From the NCBI RefSeq assembly GCF_004010195.1, contig NC_057745.1:17747145-17811144 (forward strand): a DNA stretch of 64,000 nucleotides, in the 5' to 3' direction. The notes beneath the pieces are model-generated. The model was not told where the DNA came from. It ran no database searches and saw only the letters and a list, made by a program, of their open reading frames with translations. Every line of letters begins with the position of its first letter. Position 1 is the first letter of the stretch. A program made the position numbers and the translations under genes. The stretch comes from Chiloscyllium plagiosum. Its lineage: Eukaryota. Shown one piece after another: positions 39,335 through 52,769 of this stretch.

Positions 39335-39614
39335 TGAAGTGGTTGGTGATCTAGGTAGGGTGAGGGGCTGACATCTCATACATATCTACAGTATTAGTGG
39401 GTGAAATTGCCAGAATTCAGCTAGCTATGTTTAAGGGTGCTTATTGACAATACTAAAGACCCCACAACTAGTTAATGGTGTGATTCAAAGTCACTCATTT
39501 ATAGGTATTAATATCATAGAAATGTAGCTGGAATGTTTTAAAAATAAATATACTTGATCCACTTTTGCTGCTAATTAAATATATGTTTGCATTCTGAAAA
39601 TTCTGAACTTTCTG

Positions 39615-40620
39615 TAGGTAGAGTACAATGTGAAGAACTATGAGGTTACTCACTTTGAAACTAAGAATAGGGGCAGGATTAGGCTTTTCAGGCCATCAGG
39701 CCTATGCACCATTCAATATAATCATGGCCGGTTGAACACTTCAATACTTTACCCAGTGTGTCACCGTAATCATGAGTAAAGAAGCAGATTTTTTGTAAGC
39801 CTATGAAATTTGTAAATCTTGATGTTAAAGAATCCTTGGATGTACTCCAGCAGTGAACACAGAAAAGTAGCCTGCAGGTACAGCAAGCAATTATAAAGAC
39901 AAAGGATGTGCTGCTCTTTATTGGACCATTAGAAGAATGCTGAACACAGTCTTGGTCTCCATATTTAAAGAAGATGTGCTTGCATTGGAGACAGCACATC
40001 AGAGGTTCACTGCATTGGTTCCTGGATGGTAAAGGTTTTCCGATAATGAAAGGTCAAATGACTTGTGGTTATGCTCACTGGAGTTTAGAAGAATGGAAGA
40101 TGATCTCATTGGAATATATAATATTCTGAAGGGACTTAATTAGTTTCCCCTGGGTTGGAAATCTGGAACACGGCTGCACAATCAAGACAAGAGGTTGATT
40201 ATTTAAGGCAGAGATTACGAGAAACTCCTTTATTCAATTATTATTCCAGGAGGTAGTGAATACACCATTGTTGAGTATATTTACGGCTGATACAGTCGGT
40301 TCTGATATAATGCAATAGTTCTCCTCTCGTGCGATCTTGCGTTGTAAGAAAATTGTGCAATAGCTGTGCCATTTAAACTAATAGGGCTGGAATTGTGTTA
40401 TAACCAATGCAGTTAAGAAAGGTTTGTGTTCTACAAATAGCAGTCTAAATTCTTCAATCGCGTTAAAGCCAATTCGCACTGAAGAAACACGTGTTATAGC
40501 AGAACCTACTACACCAACAGATTGTATTGTCTTTCAAGAGATATTGGGAGTGGGCATGAAATTGGAGTTGAAACTCAAGATCAGCTATGATAGTATTAAA
40601 TGACAGGACCTATACTCCTA
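39615..40620 (+). mobile_element. Old fragmented CR1
   Basis: gtgaagaactatgaggttactcactttg; cttggtctccatatttaaagaag; gagtttagaagaatggaagatgatctcattg. Confidence 0.65.
40293..40511. mobile_element. Tc1/mariner (pogo/Tigger-like) MITE
   Basis: TA|CAGTCGGTTCTGATATAA ... TTATAGCAGAACCTACT TIRs; related copy at 46193. Confidence 0.75.
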
Positions 40621-40842
40621 CTTTTGTTTCTTAATTATAATCATTTATAAATGTGGAACTGGATGCTAAAAGAAAAAGTGTTCTTTGTCCCATATATCTC
40701 ATTTAAACAATTTTGTTTGTTTCATTCCAAATGGAGTTTGTTCTGTTAATATTCCAGTTGCAGACATGTGTGTAATCATGCAGCTAGAATTAACACATTT
40801 TAACTTGCTTTAAAAATAAGACTAATTTTATGTCTCTTCCAG

Positions 40843-40977
40843 CTCATTGAAGGTGCATCTGCAGACCAAAAGTCTAATCTGGGAATCACTAGTCTGGACT
40901 ATTATTTTTACCTCAATCAATCTGGTTCCTACAAAGTGGATGACATTAATGATCGGAAGGATTTTCAAGAAACATTG
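40843..40977 (+). CDS. MYO1E: MYO1E exon (~exon 8) [45 protein letters not shown]
   Basis: cag|CTC...TTG|gtgagg, 135 nt. Confidence 0.95.
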
Positions 40978-41483
40978 GTGAGGTTTTATTCTTGCTTCAC
41001 AGAATCAATCATCTCACATTTTATTGATTGAAAGCAGTTGTCTGTGTGGACATGGCCTTGATGGCTAAATGCACCACATCGTGCTTCCTGATGCCCTGCA
41101 GACTGATATCGACCAGGCTCTGTCTGAGTTGATTTCTTTATAACATGGCCTCCATTGTTGGCAAAATGTTTCCCTTTTTTGTTATTGAAGGGTCAGTTAG
41201 GCAAAGCAGGTAATGCTGTTCCAGGCTTGACAAAGCCAACTGTTGAATCTCTTGATCCTTCTACAAGATACTTATACTATGCAGTCATTTTTTCCAAAAT
41301 AGAAGCGTTATTCACTTGCTAGCTGTCCTGTAAATAAATTTAACATAAATTATAAACCAGCAGCGAGATCAATGATTCTCCAAATCACGTGCCTCATCAG
41401 ATAAGCTTCATCAGCAACTTCAGGAGCCAATCTGTTTTGTATGTTTGGACATCACTAAATTTTAAATGATTATTCATTTCCAG

Positions 41484-41616
41484 CACGCTATGAACGTGAT
41501 TGGAATCTTTGCTGATGAACAGGCGATGGTTTTACAGATTGTGGCTGGCGTGCTTCACATGGGCAACCTGAGTTTTAAAGAGGTTGGCAACTATGCTGCT
41601 GTAGAAAGTGAAGAAT
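41484..41616 (+). CDS. MYO1E: MYO1E exon (~exon 9) [44 protein letters not shown](F)
   Basis: cag|CAC...GAA T|gtaagt, 133 nt, phase 0/1. Confidence 0.95.
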
Positions 41617-41659
41617 GTAAGTACTTTGTTTCTGGAGTCTCAGCATGTTACAAGTCAAG

Positions 41660-42145
41660 ATGCGTTCGTACGTTTGTATTAGACCAGAGCTGGTGAACTG
41701 TGTACAGTTTTGGGCTCCTTCCTAGAGCAAGAATATTAAAACAAAGTTGAGAAGACAGAGCAGATTCACCTAGATGCTGCCCAGTATAAAGGAAAACCAG
41801 GACATCTTGGTCCAAATCAGGTTGTTGAGTATTTGATAGTATTTGATAGAAAAACCTTTGATGGGGAAAAGAAGAATGGATAGGACAAGATAGATAGAAG
41901 CAGACTATTTCCACAATCAATTCTGGGACCTTTCTATAGACCAGAGGAAATCTTTTTATCCACTGGGTTATGAGGCGTGTATCAACCGAGTTAACAATTG
42001 AACTAGAAAGTGCAGGGACATTTAAGACTATTTTGATAGTTTATTCAAGATAATGGGATAGAAGCCTGGCACATGGGATGAGTCTCACTGCTTGTGTGCG
42101 GTTAACTGCCAACATGGAAGTGGTAAGGCCAAAAAGCCCAATCCT
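41660..42145 (+). mobile_element. Old CR1 3' fragment starting ~45 nt after the exon 9 donor
   Basis: ttagaccagagctgg...tgtgtacagttttgggctcc; gattcacctagatgctgcc. Confidence 0.65.
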
Positions 42146-43804
42146 GCAAAATCTCTGCAAACATTAGCATAGCCATCAAACTTTTCCAGATTTAACTCTG
42201 TTGCACCTACATCCTTGCAAATGTTCATAAATATTTATCCTGCTACTTGCGCACTCTTAGTTGCCATGTTTGTGCTATTCAGCATCTGACCTGTGACACA
42301 TCGCTCAGTGTGTCATTGGCTATCTCAGCACACCATGACAGTGATGCAATATTATTCTCATCTCCATGCCAAATGCTGGGGCAGATTTTGACTTTGGCTG
42401 GTAGCAAGTCAGCAGCCTTTTATACATCTTTTCCGACTGTCATTTTCAATTATCCCAATGAGGAGAGATGAGAAACAGCTGCTAATTTATTACAACCAGA
42501 CTTACATTCTTGTGCAATGTCAGGAATGTTCCAACAGAGTGAAAGACAGGTATTAGGATTGTGATTTCAATAGTACGCCAGTGAACAAGTTTTCAATTGA
42601 AAAACGAGCAGGTTTGTTGGATCTAGTTGGGTTTTTGGTTCCTAAATCAATCTTTGCGCTTTGCAGGCGGTGATTTGAAACAGTTCTCTCTGTTAAAGTT
42701 TTGTAATCGCTGTTCAATCTGTTTCTAAACAGTGAGGTAAAATGCTGTCTCACTGGAATGAAAATCAGATGGGTTTTATAAATGCTGATTGACACCTCAT
42801 GGTCATTGCCTAAGAGCAATAAGTTTAAAAAATTTACACCATTGTATCAAAATTAGAATTGGGAGGTTCTTCTAAAAATGTGGAATGGCTAGTGTTTTAT
42901 TTTACTGTACTAAAAATAAATATATCCTTTGTAACAATAAACACAAGTTCAGATGGCTACTGTCAGATTTTTGCACTGAACTTTCTTTCCTCAGGAAGTG
43001 TTTGATTTCCTGTTTCTTTCTCTTGTGCACCGTTTTCCCTTGATCCTGCACATAGTTGTATTCTGTTCCATCTTGGACAATTTTGCAACATTCCCTAATT
43101 ATGGATGGTTTATTTTACCCTGGGATTGTAAGCGCCTGCCTGTAGCAGTCTGCATCCTGTTCTGAAACATCTGTGCCTGTTGCAGCTGCCAAAACCCACC
43201 AACTGCATTTTAATTTGAAACAGAGCTCGTTCAATTTACTGCAGCCTTCTTGTGACCGTTCTGTGACCAGAATTCACCATCTACGAGAATGTCTATTTGA
43301 ATTTCCAATGGTGTGAATTCCCAGAGCTTCTGACAGATTCCCAGAAACTGGGTGCATCTGGTCGATCTGTAATGATTAATTTCAGGAGGATTGAAGGATG
43401 GTTTTGAATGCTGTCTAAGGCTGCAAGAAGGATTGCTTTAGCGGTTATGTGCCTCAGGTTTACGCCCACCTCTCTTGAAACCATTGACTCAGAGTTATAG
43501 CCCCACAACTGTTAGCGAGCCTCCCTAGAATGTTTTTTCCTCAAAGCTTCCTGGAATATGGCGACTGCATTCTAGGGTAATTCATGTACTACTTAAACAG
43601 CACTTGTGTTTGTTTTAATGCATTTTGGTGTTCCCCTCGCATTTCTGTGCCTCTCAGGATGACCTAGACAACATTGGCAACACATGCCCTGGCACAGCAG
43701 AAACACAAGTCTCCCTGCATGCTCATGGACATTGTGGTACAGCTGATTGTCAGCCCTTTGGAGGAACTGTCCTGTTTACATCCTATTAACTTTAACAGGG
43801 TGAA

Positions 43805-44097
43805 TGGCATGGTGGCTCAGTGGTTAGCACTGCTGTCTCACAGCACTAGGGTCCCAGGTTTGATTCCAGCCTCGGGTGACTGTGTGGAGTTTGCATATTC
43901 TCCCCGTGTCTGCGTGGGTTTCCTCTGGGTGCTCCAGTTTCCTCCCACAGCCCAAAGATGTGCAGTTCAGGTGAATTGGCCATGCTAAATTGCCCATAGT
44001 CAGAGGGAAATGGGTCTGGGTGGGTTACTCTTCAGAGGGTCAGTGTGGACTTGTTGGGCCAAAGGGCCTGTTTCTACGCTGTAAGTAATCTAATCTA
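43805..44097 (+). mobile_element. HE1-type V-SINE
   Basis: A box tggctcagtgg, V-domain, taatctaatcta tail. Confidence 0.9.
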
Positions 44098-45849
44098 ACA
44101 TAAAACCGTTTCTACAACTGGCCAGCCATCTGACTGGGTAGTAAAGATAAAAATGGTGCCTAGTGTGTTCAGCATCATCACACGTTCTTCCCAGAACCTT
44201 GCAGTGCATTTATTGTGTCACTGTGATGCAGTGGCAACTCTGTTTTATTTCTGAAATGGAAAGTTCAAGTTATTCTTCAGAAACATGAGTGCAAAGTTTA
44301 GGTTTGCAGCAGGACAGAACTGGAGAGTTGTCAACAGTGTTATCATCAATAATTCTCCATCGACTGTCATCACTAAGACAGAATAACCAGTCATTATCTG
44401 CTTGCTGTTTATGGGATCTTACAGTGTAGAAGTTGCTTGGTATCATTCATATTTTTCAGCAGTGGCTACATTTCAGAGGTACTTAATTGGCTTCAAAATA
44501 GTTTGGGATGTGCTGAGGTCATATATGAAATGAACTGTATAAATGCAAGTTCTTTCTCTTGCTGTTAATGAAATGTTTTCTTTATCACAGCGTACAATTA
44601 CAGACTCTCTACACACCTGGATTTTCAATATAATACAACTGTATTTAATTCCCAAGTGGCTTCAATCAAGGCCAAATTGAACTCTGACAATTCATTTAAT
44701 GAACAGCTTGTGAAGTGGTGCTTTAAAAGGCAGAGTGCTGTGACCCAGCCGTGTGTGAATACTAATCACTCCTCAGTAATTAGGTTCACCTGTGATTGAA
44801 AGTCAGGAACTTCAAAATATTGCAGTAATTGTTCTAATCATACAGGGGGGTATTTCCAAAAGTTGATGACCCTCAACATTCTCCAGATAACATAATGATA
44901 AGAATTGTAGCTCTGGCAAGGTGGCACCAGTGTGATTGTGATTTTTGGACAGATAGAGACTTAGCACTTCCAACAACGTTGAGTCCAATATGTCTTCTTC
45001 AGAACATAACAGGCCTGGAAAAGTGATGCATTTTAAACATGTTCACACAGAATGAGCAATATGATTTAGTGCCATTTCCCTGCTTTTTCCCGTAATCTTG
45101 AATTTTGTTTCTACTTAAATATTTGTCAAATGCTGTCTTGAATTTCCTCCAACTATTTGCTTGCTTTGCTGGATGGCACTGGCTCAAAGAGAGAGCAGAA
45201 GTCCCCTAGAGTAGCAAGCCCTCCAGGATTGACTTGCAGTCTCCAGGAATTGGAGATATTGTTGCATGCAACTCTGGAGAAAAATTATGCAAACTTTCAA
45301 AAATATATTTCTTTTTTTTTGGATGTTTCCCTTTACCAGATAAAGTATTGTTGAAAAAAGGGAAATAAAGACTCTTTAGCTGACATCATCCAATTGGGTA
45401 ATAGGTTATTCTATTTTCCAGTTGGTGAAGGAAAGCAGTGTATCACACGGATAGATGTGTGGATGAACTAATGGAGAGAGAGTGGGTCATGTGATGAAAC
45501 CTGCAAAAATCAAATTAATCACTGTTTAGAACCCTATAGCCCTCTAGTGTCTCATCCACATTATGTTTGTCATATATGAGCCTATGTATGAGTATAAGCC
45601 TCACCAAAAGCCCATACATAGCTAATGTCTAGATTGGAGCAATGGGCTTTGAGGCCTAATGTATGTTCTCTACCCCAATCTCACCAAGATATTTCAAGCT
45701 CATTCAGATTAAGCATTAACTTCCGCACCAACCACTGCATATACAGGCACTGGACCATCATGGAGCTGTGCTCTTGTAGCTCACATTACATTTTAGTTCT
45801 TATTTTATTTATATTCTTTCCGAATAACTGTTTAGGACCCAGCTGGATT

Positions 45850-46545
45850 ATTGTGTCCAAGATTGCGCACCACTATTTAGGATAGATGTCAAGACTTTTG
45901 ACAGGGTGCGCAAGAGATTTATTGGAATGGTTCCAGGGATGATGCACTTCTGCTATGTAAAGAGACCAATAAAGCTGGGATTGTTCTCCTCAGAGCAGAG
46001 AAGGATAGTTGAACTTTAATACAGATATACAGAACTAGGAAGGGTTTTGATAAAATCAGTAAGAAACTGTTTCCATTGGCAGGATGGTCAGTAACCAGAA
46101 TGTTCAGATTTAAGGTAATTGGCAAAAGAGTAACCAGAAAATTATTTCATGCATTGAGTTTGGGTGGTGGGAATTTACTGCCTGATATAGTACAGTGTGT
46201 TCTGGTATAATACGACCTGGTTCCACTGCAACCTCGCACTATAGAAAATCACGCTGTGGAGAAACGCAATAGAAAATGCTATACACATTCAGTAGAAAGT
46301 TTGCATTATCCAAACAGTGTCCACTATTCATCAATCATGTTATAACCAATTTGCGTTGATGAAACGCACGTTATACCAGAACAATCTGTTTGGGAAGCAG
46401 ATTTAATAGTAATTTTCAAAAGGAAAAATGTGCAGAGCTATATTGAAAGTCAGAGGAGTGGAACAAATTCAATAATTAATTTCACAGACTTAGAACAGGT
46501 ACAGTGGGCTGAGAGGTTTGCTTCTGTGCTGAATTCTATGATTTC
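45850..46545 (+). mobile_element. Old CR1 3' fragment
   Basis: caccactatttagga, agggtgcgcaagagatttattggaatggttccaggg; gaattctatgatt tail. Confidence 0.7.
46193..46388. mobile_element. Tc1/mariner-like MITE
   Basis: TA|CAGTGTGTTCTGGTATAA ... TTATACCAGAACAATCTG TIRs. Confidence 0.75.
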
Positions 46546-46754
46546 CAGAGATATTTAACACAATGTGTTATTAAAAAAAAGTCTCCCAATTTGCCTGAAC
46601 CCGTCATTTGGCCTGCAAAAATACTCTGAAGGATGTAAACTTTCAAGACCCTAAATTGTTTATCCTTAATTCCTCTCACTATTCCAGTAGAAGTGTTAAT
46701 ATAAACACTTTAAACAAGCTAATACCCCCAGTAAAATAATGTATCGTGTAATGA

Positions 46755-47027
46755 TTAGATTCAGAGATTAGATTCCCTACAGTGTGGAACTGGCCCTTTG
46801 GCCCAACAAGTCCACACCAACCCTCCGAAGAGTGACCCACTCAGACCCATTCCCCTATATTTACCACTGACTAATGCACCTAACACTATGGGCAATTTAG
46901 CATGGCTAATTCACCTAACCTGTACATCTTTGGATTGTGGGAGGAAACCAGAGCACCTGGAGGAAACCCACGCAGACACGAGGAGAATGTGAAAACTCCA
47001 CACGGACAGTTGCCTGAGGCGGGAATC
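46755..47027 (-). mobile_element. HE1-type V-SINE
   Basis: gattagattccctacagtgtgga...gggcaatttagcatggc...aaactccacacggacag. Confidence 0.88.
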
Positions 47028-47283
47028 GTAATGTTAAAGTTGCATTAATTCCACCCAATGTGACAGACTTTAGTTGGAGACAGGGAGTTCTGTGCCAGTA
47101 TTTATGGAGAGCAAGCGTATTCTGTACAACTTGTGAGAGTCCTTGGTAATTATGACTAGTAAAATAAACTGTAGTTATTGCAATTATGCACTAAATTATC
47201 TTGCTAGCTAAGACAAGTGCCTCTACTATTTAGACTCACCAGTGGAACTATTGGATAGGCCGTAGACACAGTATAGTCAAAGG

Positions 47284-47463
47284 AGGATTGGCAGACAATC
47301 AGGAGGCTGGAAGAACACAGCAAGCCAGGCAACATCAGGTGGTGGAGAAGTCGACGTTTCGGGTGGCCTTCTCCAGCTCCTGGTGCTGCCTGGCTTGCTG
47401 TGTTCTTCCAGCCTCCTGCCTGTCTACCTTGGATTCCAGCATCTGCAGTTATTTTTTGTCTCT
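47284..47463. mobile_element. Fold-back Penelope pLTR insert
   Basis: caggaggctggaagaacacagcaagccaggca / tgcctggcttgctgtgttcttccagcctcctg inverted arms; same subfamily as 27996-28120. Confidence 0.82.
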
Positions 47464-47576
47464 AAAGGCACAACCATTGTCTTGTGCCACCCACTGGCAG
47501 GGATGGTAGATACCACAAAGCGCGGGATGGTATTTTAGGCAAACACTTTGGCAGCATACTAATGTCATTTTAGGCT

Positions 47577-47869
47577 GAATTTATCTTGTCAATAGTCTAG
47601 CTTGTTTTTTTAAAAAAAACTATCTAAATCATAGTTAAAAATCACACAACACCAGGTTATAGTCCAACAGGTTTATTTGGAAGCACTAGCTTTCAAAGCG
47701 CTGCTCCTTCATCAGGTGGTTGAGAATTTATCTTGTCAATAGTCTAGTTTGTTTTTTTAAAAAAACTATCTAAATCATAGTTAAAAATCACACAACACCA
47801 GATTATAGTCCAACAGGTTTATTTGGAAGCACTAGCTTTCAAAGCGCTGCTCCTTCATCAGGTGGTTGA
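47577..47869. repeat. ~146-bp tandem duplication (flank plus hammerhead-bearing pLTR)
   Basis: Units 47577-47723 and 47724-47869 are nearly identical. Confidence 0.93.
47684..47718 (-). ncRNA. Minimal hammerhead motif (duplicated at ~47830-47864)
   Basis: Reverse complement cac-CTGATGA-A-GGAGC-agc-GCTTT-GAA-AGCT-A-gtg. Confidence 0.65.
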
Positions 47870-47872
47870 TGA

Positions 47873-47907
47873 AGCCTGATGAAGGAGCATCACTCCGAAA
47901 GCTCGTG
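47873..47907 (+). ncRNA. Minimal hammerhead motif (core intact, sense to MYO1E)
   Basis: CTGATGA(47876)-A-GGAG-catca-CTCC-GAA-AGCT-C-gtg; predicted cut after C47904. Confidence 0.62.
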
Positions 47908-48240
47908 CTTCCAAATAAACCTGTTGGACAATAACCTAGTGTTGTGTGATTTTTAACTTTATCCACCCCAGTCCAACATCAGCTCCTCCACATCCTGGCT
48001 AAACCATGTCATTGTAAATGAAAGCACAGTAAAATGTCTCTGTGTAGAGGATATTGTAAGCCTTATCAATTAAGGCTTCAGAATAAAACAGATATTTGCC
48101 TTCTTTTTAATCATTGATGAATTTTTGTAAATCCATAAATTAAGACTTGTGTTTGCAAAGGAGCCAAGACTTCCCTATACATAAGATGAGCAAAATTCCT
48201 TTATTGAGCAAATAAATAACTCTGATTATTTATACCACAG

Positions 48241-48437
48241 TCCTAGCATTCCCAGCTTTCCTACTTGGTATTGATCAAGAGCGATTAAAGGAAAAATTGA
48301 CCAGCCGGAAAATGGACAGCAAATGGGGAGGAAGGTCTGAAAGCATTAATGTGACGTTAAATGTGGAGCAGGCATGTTACACAAGGGATGCACTTTCCAA
48401 GGCTCTTCACGCACGCATTTTTGACTATTTAGTAGAT
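48241..48437 (+). CDS. MYO1E: MYO1E exon (~exon 10) [65 protein letters not shown]
   Basis: cag|TC CTA...GAT|gtaagt, 197 nt, phase 1/0; contains the TEDS site (Glu). Confidence 0.95.
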
Positions 48438-49995
48438 GTAAGTACAGCTGGGCACTTTGTATCTGCACAGAGATTAATGTGGTTTCTAACAATGGTAAAG
48501 TGAGATCATGCTGTTAAATATTTAAAGGAGCAGTATCCAGACGTTGCCTATTGTCATGGAGCTACATTGTTTTTCATGGAGGCTCAGGGAGCTGCTTTAG
48601 AACATTATTTCGACTCTAATCAGCAGATAGGTTGTGAAAACGGTGCTTGAAATGTTGGATGAACATTGAGCGATAAACACAGTAGAATAGTTTCTCATTA
48701 TAATGTAATTGTTACTAAAGCATTTGTGACAGCATTTATTTCACACAGACCCCGAGGAAGTCTTTTAAACAAAAGGATTGTCCTAAACTGTCCTTCCTCT
48801 TTAATTGAATCCCATAGACTGATCGAAGTGCTTTTTACTGAACAGCATTGTTCTGTATTTTCTTTGCCTCCATTGCAGATGTTTTTTGCCACATGTGCTC
48901 TGTTGTTACTGTCACAGCAGTCAGCTTGTTTGACTAAATGAACAATTCTCCCTTAATTAAATTATCTCATGTACCAGGTTTCTCATTGTTACAGCATTAA
49001 AGAAATACTCAATAGAAGCAACATAGAAGATGCAATTAACTCTTAGGTTGCTCCAATTAAATATTTTAGATCCAAACCTGAATCTAATATATTAAGCCAT
49101 TAAACCAGTAGTTCTGGAGCACGAGTTATTGATAAAAACAAATTAAGTACAGAGTACAGAGTATTGCTTGAAATTACAGAGTATTGTCTGCCAATCCTTC
49201 TGTAAACAAGAAATTAACCATTTGATTAAAAGCATCCAACTCCAATTCTCTTCAATATGAGAGATTTTCCACTTGTCAAGGTGAGGACTAGGGTCTGTCA
49301 GAAAAATGGCTCCTGACTGCTGTACTATGGGCCCCACTCCAGCAGAAATATGTTTTTTTCTCAGGAGAAAACAAGATTGTGATTGGCTGTCATGTCCCTT
49401 ACAGTTCATTGGTCTAATGGTGCTGTCTGAATTTGCTGAGATTCACATGTGCTAGCTAACTTGGGTTTATGGTTTCTTGCATCTTTAGATCTGTACAGCA
49501 CCAAGGAGGAAGAGTATCTGAGGGAAAGGGAAAGCTTTTTTTTGTACTGATTCCTCATGAGTATTTCTTATCTCACACTTTTAATAGTGGTTCTGCTGAT
49601 AACTTAGCTCCTTGTTGTGATTTCAGGGTTGTTTTTGGATAGTTTCAGTGTTGACTGTTTCAAACCAAAAACATTTTAATTGCAAGATGACTGACAAAAA
49701 GATGTCAGTCATTTTGTTAACATTTTTCCTGATTTTACTACATTATTAATAAGATTTTATTATTAAGTTGGCAGAGGGTCTATTGCAGATAAGTTTTTAT
49801 TATAATTATAACAGGACTGATGTAATGTCTGTGCATTGAAATTCCATTCTATGCTGTAATATTGAAGATATCTTTATTAATACTAAACATGAGGAATTTC
49901 ACATCAGCATGGTAACTAAATTGTGCAGCTATATTTCAACACCAAAATATTTTTCCACAACATGTGTATTCACCAATATTTTGTATTTTTTCTAG

Positions 49996-50076
49996 TCCAT
50001 TAACAAAGCCATGGAGAAAGACCACGAGGAGTACAACATTGGTGTTCTAGATATTTATGGCTTCGAGATTTTTCAA
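49996..50076 (+). CDS. MYO1E: MYO1E exon (~exon 11) SINKAMEKDHEEYNIGVLDIYGFEIFQ
   Basis: tag|TCC...CAA|gtatga, 81 nt, switch II. Confidence 0.95.
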
Positions 50077-51329
50077 GTATGACTTTAATTTACTTGTTTC
50101 AGTGCAGTTTATTTTCACACTATTGTTCAAGTAAATTTAAGCATCAAATACAGTATTTATGAACAAATTCACACAAGTAACTTTAAATTCTCCTTGGCGT
50201 GTCTCAAAATACTTCAGTTCCCTGTGTTCAGTAAGTATTTTTATCCAGCTAGTAATTTTGAATGACAATAAAAGTTGGTGTTTTCTCTTGAGTCGAAACA
50301 ATTAATGTTATTAATAGGTGGACACTGCAGCCCAGATGTTCACCATGTCAGAGAGCCTCACATGACCCTGCAAAACTAGGAAGTGCCATATTTACGAGCG
50401 GGACTTCCAATTTCCAGCCACTTCTGAAATTTTCACCATACCAGAGCATCCTGTAAGCAATTATAGGATTTGTGCTGCATGTCTAATTTTCCAATCTATT
50501 TTCAAAGTGGGGTGCCTGTTAAGTGAATGATTTGATGACCAATTCGCGTTCTTACAGAATTGACATGTTTGTTTTCATACAACATTAGTGAGAGAAATTT
50601 CAACATGTTTTGAATTTTTTGTATCAATCAGAGTTTTGCAATAACCATCAATACTCAGCTAACTTTAGTTTATATCAGCATGGTTCCTGAAGTCTGCCTA
50701 TTTTGGATCTATGGGAGAATGAAGAGCAAAGGGTGATGTGTGGGGCACGGATTAATATGAGTTGACATTAAGTTGGCATAATAGCTATAAAGGGCCTTTG
50801 CAGGTAGGTGGCTCACATGAGTTGGCATAATGAGGGTGGGTACAGGAGCAAAAGAGCTTTAGGTGAAATTGAGATTATGAGGGTAGGTAGAAGGACATGT
50901 GTTGGTAAAGAGTGTATGAGACATAATGGAGGTGTGTACAGAGGCATAAAATGGCATGGAAGATGAGGGAACATTGGGGGTGTGTGCATAGTGTTAGCTG
51001 AGTTATGGTGAGACTGTGGAGGAGTAATGGGCTGTGAAGGTTGAAGGGCTGTTTTTGCCTTTATTAGTTTTATATTCATCTTCAACAGCGATGGTGTAGT
51101 GAGGGTCTGGTCCACATCTAGAGCCTACACCCTCCACTCTCATTCCACTGTCACCCAACCCATCTCCACCATTGTGCAATGAAAATCCAACCTCATGGGC
51201 CAGTTTTTCCCACTTTAGGGTTGGAAATGTCCCAAACTGTGATTGAAAATCAGGATCTTAACATATTTGTAAGATCCCTTTATGCTCCATTTTTAAAATC
51301 TTGGATGTTTGATTTTAAAACTGCAAGAT

Positions 51330-52103
51330 TATTGCAAATGGAGTTTAATATACGTGTGAGGTCTTGCATTTTGGAAAGTCGAATTGAGGTAGGCGTTTCA
51401 TGGTGAATGGTAGGGCCTTAAAGAGTTTGTGGAACAGAGGGGCCTTGGAGTTCAGGAACACAGTTCTCTGAAAGTGGAATCACAGGTAGACAGGGCAGTG
51501 AAGGCAGTTTTTGGCACACTGGCCTTCATCAGTCAGGGCACTGAGTATAGAAGTTGGGAATTATGGTGCAGTTATACAGAATGTTGGTGAGGCCACACTT
51601 GGAGTATCGTGTTCAGTTTTGATCACCTTGCTACAAGAAGGATATTATTAAACTGGAAAGAGTGCAGAAGAAATTTACAAGGATGTTTCCAGACTCAAGG
51701 GTCTGAGTTATAGGGCTAGGATTTTTTTTCTTTAGAGCATAGGAGATTAGGAGGGGACCTTAAGAGGCATGGATAGGGTAAATGCACTCAGTCCTTTTCC
51801 CAGGGTTGGGAAATCAAGGACCAGAGAGCATCAGTTTAAGGTTAGAGGAGAAAGAATAAAAGTGAACCTGAGGGGCATCTTTTTTACATAGAGGGTAGTA
51901 TGCATATGGAATGAGCTGCCAGCCTTTGAGGTGGGTACATTAACAACATTGCAAAGGCATTTGGACAAATACATGGATAGAAAAGTTTAGAAGGCTATGG
52001 GCATAGCGCAGGGAAACGGGTTTGAAGTGGACGGCCATCTTGGTCGACATGGAGCAATTTGGGTGAAAGGGCCTGTCTCCATGCTGTAGGACTCTGACTC
52101 TCT
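51330..52103 (+). mobile_element. CR1 3' fragment
   Basis: ggcaaatggagtttaat-like start, gtgaggccacacttggagtat, tggaatgagctgcc; gactctgactctct tail. Confidence 0.88.
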
Positions 52104-52235
52104 AAGAGAAATGCTGGACTTGAAATCTGCTGTTTGACCAGACTTTATACCTAACACTAATTTCTAAGTTTTACTGAAAGTGTTTATGTGCTGCTAATGT
52201 CTTCATTTTCAAGATGTTCCCCTGTGTATTTGTAG

Positions 52236-52373
<138 letters not shown>

Positions 52374-52769
52374 TAGATAGCCCCCTTATTTAAATGAACT
52401 GGTTGCAGCATCAAGCAGTAGCTCCATCTAATTTAGTCATTCTTTCTGTAACCTTCCAGAAATATATCCAACGTATTTGCATTTATATAATAATTCAAAG
52501 TCTTATCCCCAAAGTTTACTGCACTAAGTGGTATCATTACAAGATCATGAGACTAAATGGCCAGCTTTTTTTTCTGCACTTCTGTTATCTTCTCTTTAAT
52601 CACATTTATTCTAAGGATCATATCACTGAATATATTTTTGTTTTGCTTGGGAGCATTGATATTGGAAACTTGGCAAATGAAAGTTTGATATATTTATGAA
52701 GCTGAACTGACAAATAGATTATATTACAGCCATTAACTGCTTTGCAGAGGATGTTTATGTTCCACAAAT

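Larger units (their letters stand above)
47633..47998. mobile_element. Variant-B pLTR cluster: two minus copies and one plus copy
   Basis: TSD-like ctaaaYcat at 47624-47632 and 47999-48007; three hammerhead motifs. Confidence 0.82.

Noticed and set aside
47577-47869. CRISPR-like repeat array
   Set aside because: Only two long tandem units with no unique spacers, in a vertebrate intron.
50330-51260. Possible MITE with a purine-rich interior
   Set aside because: The terminal inverted repeats are too weak to support a call.
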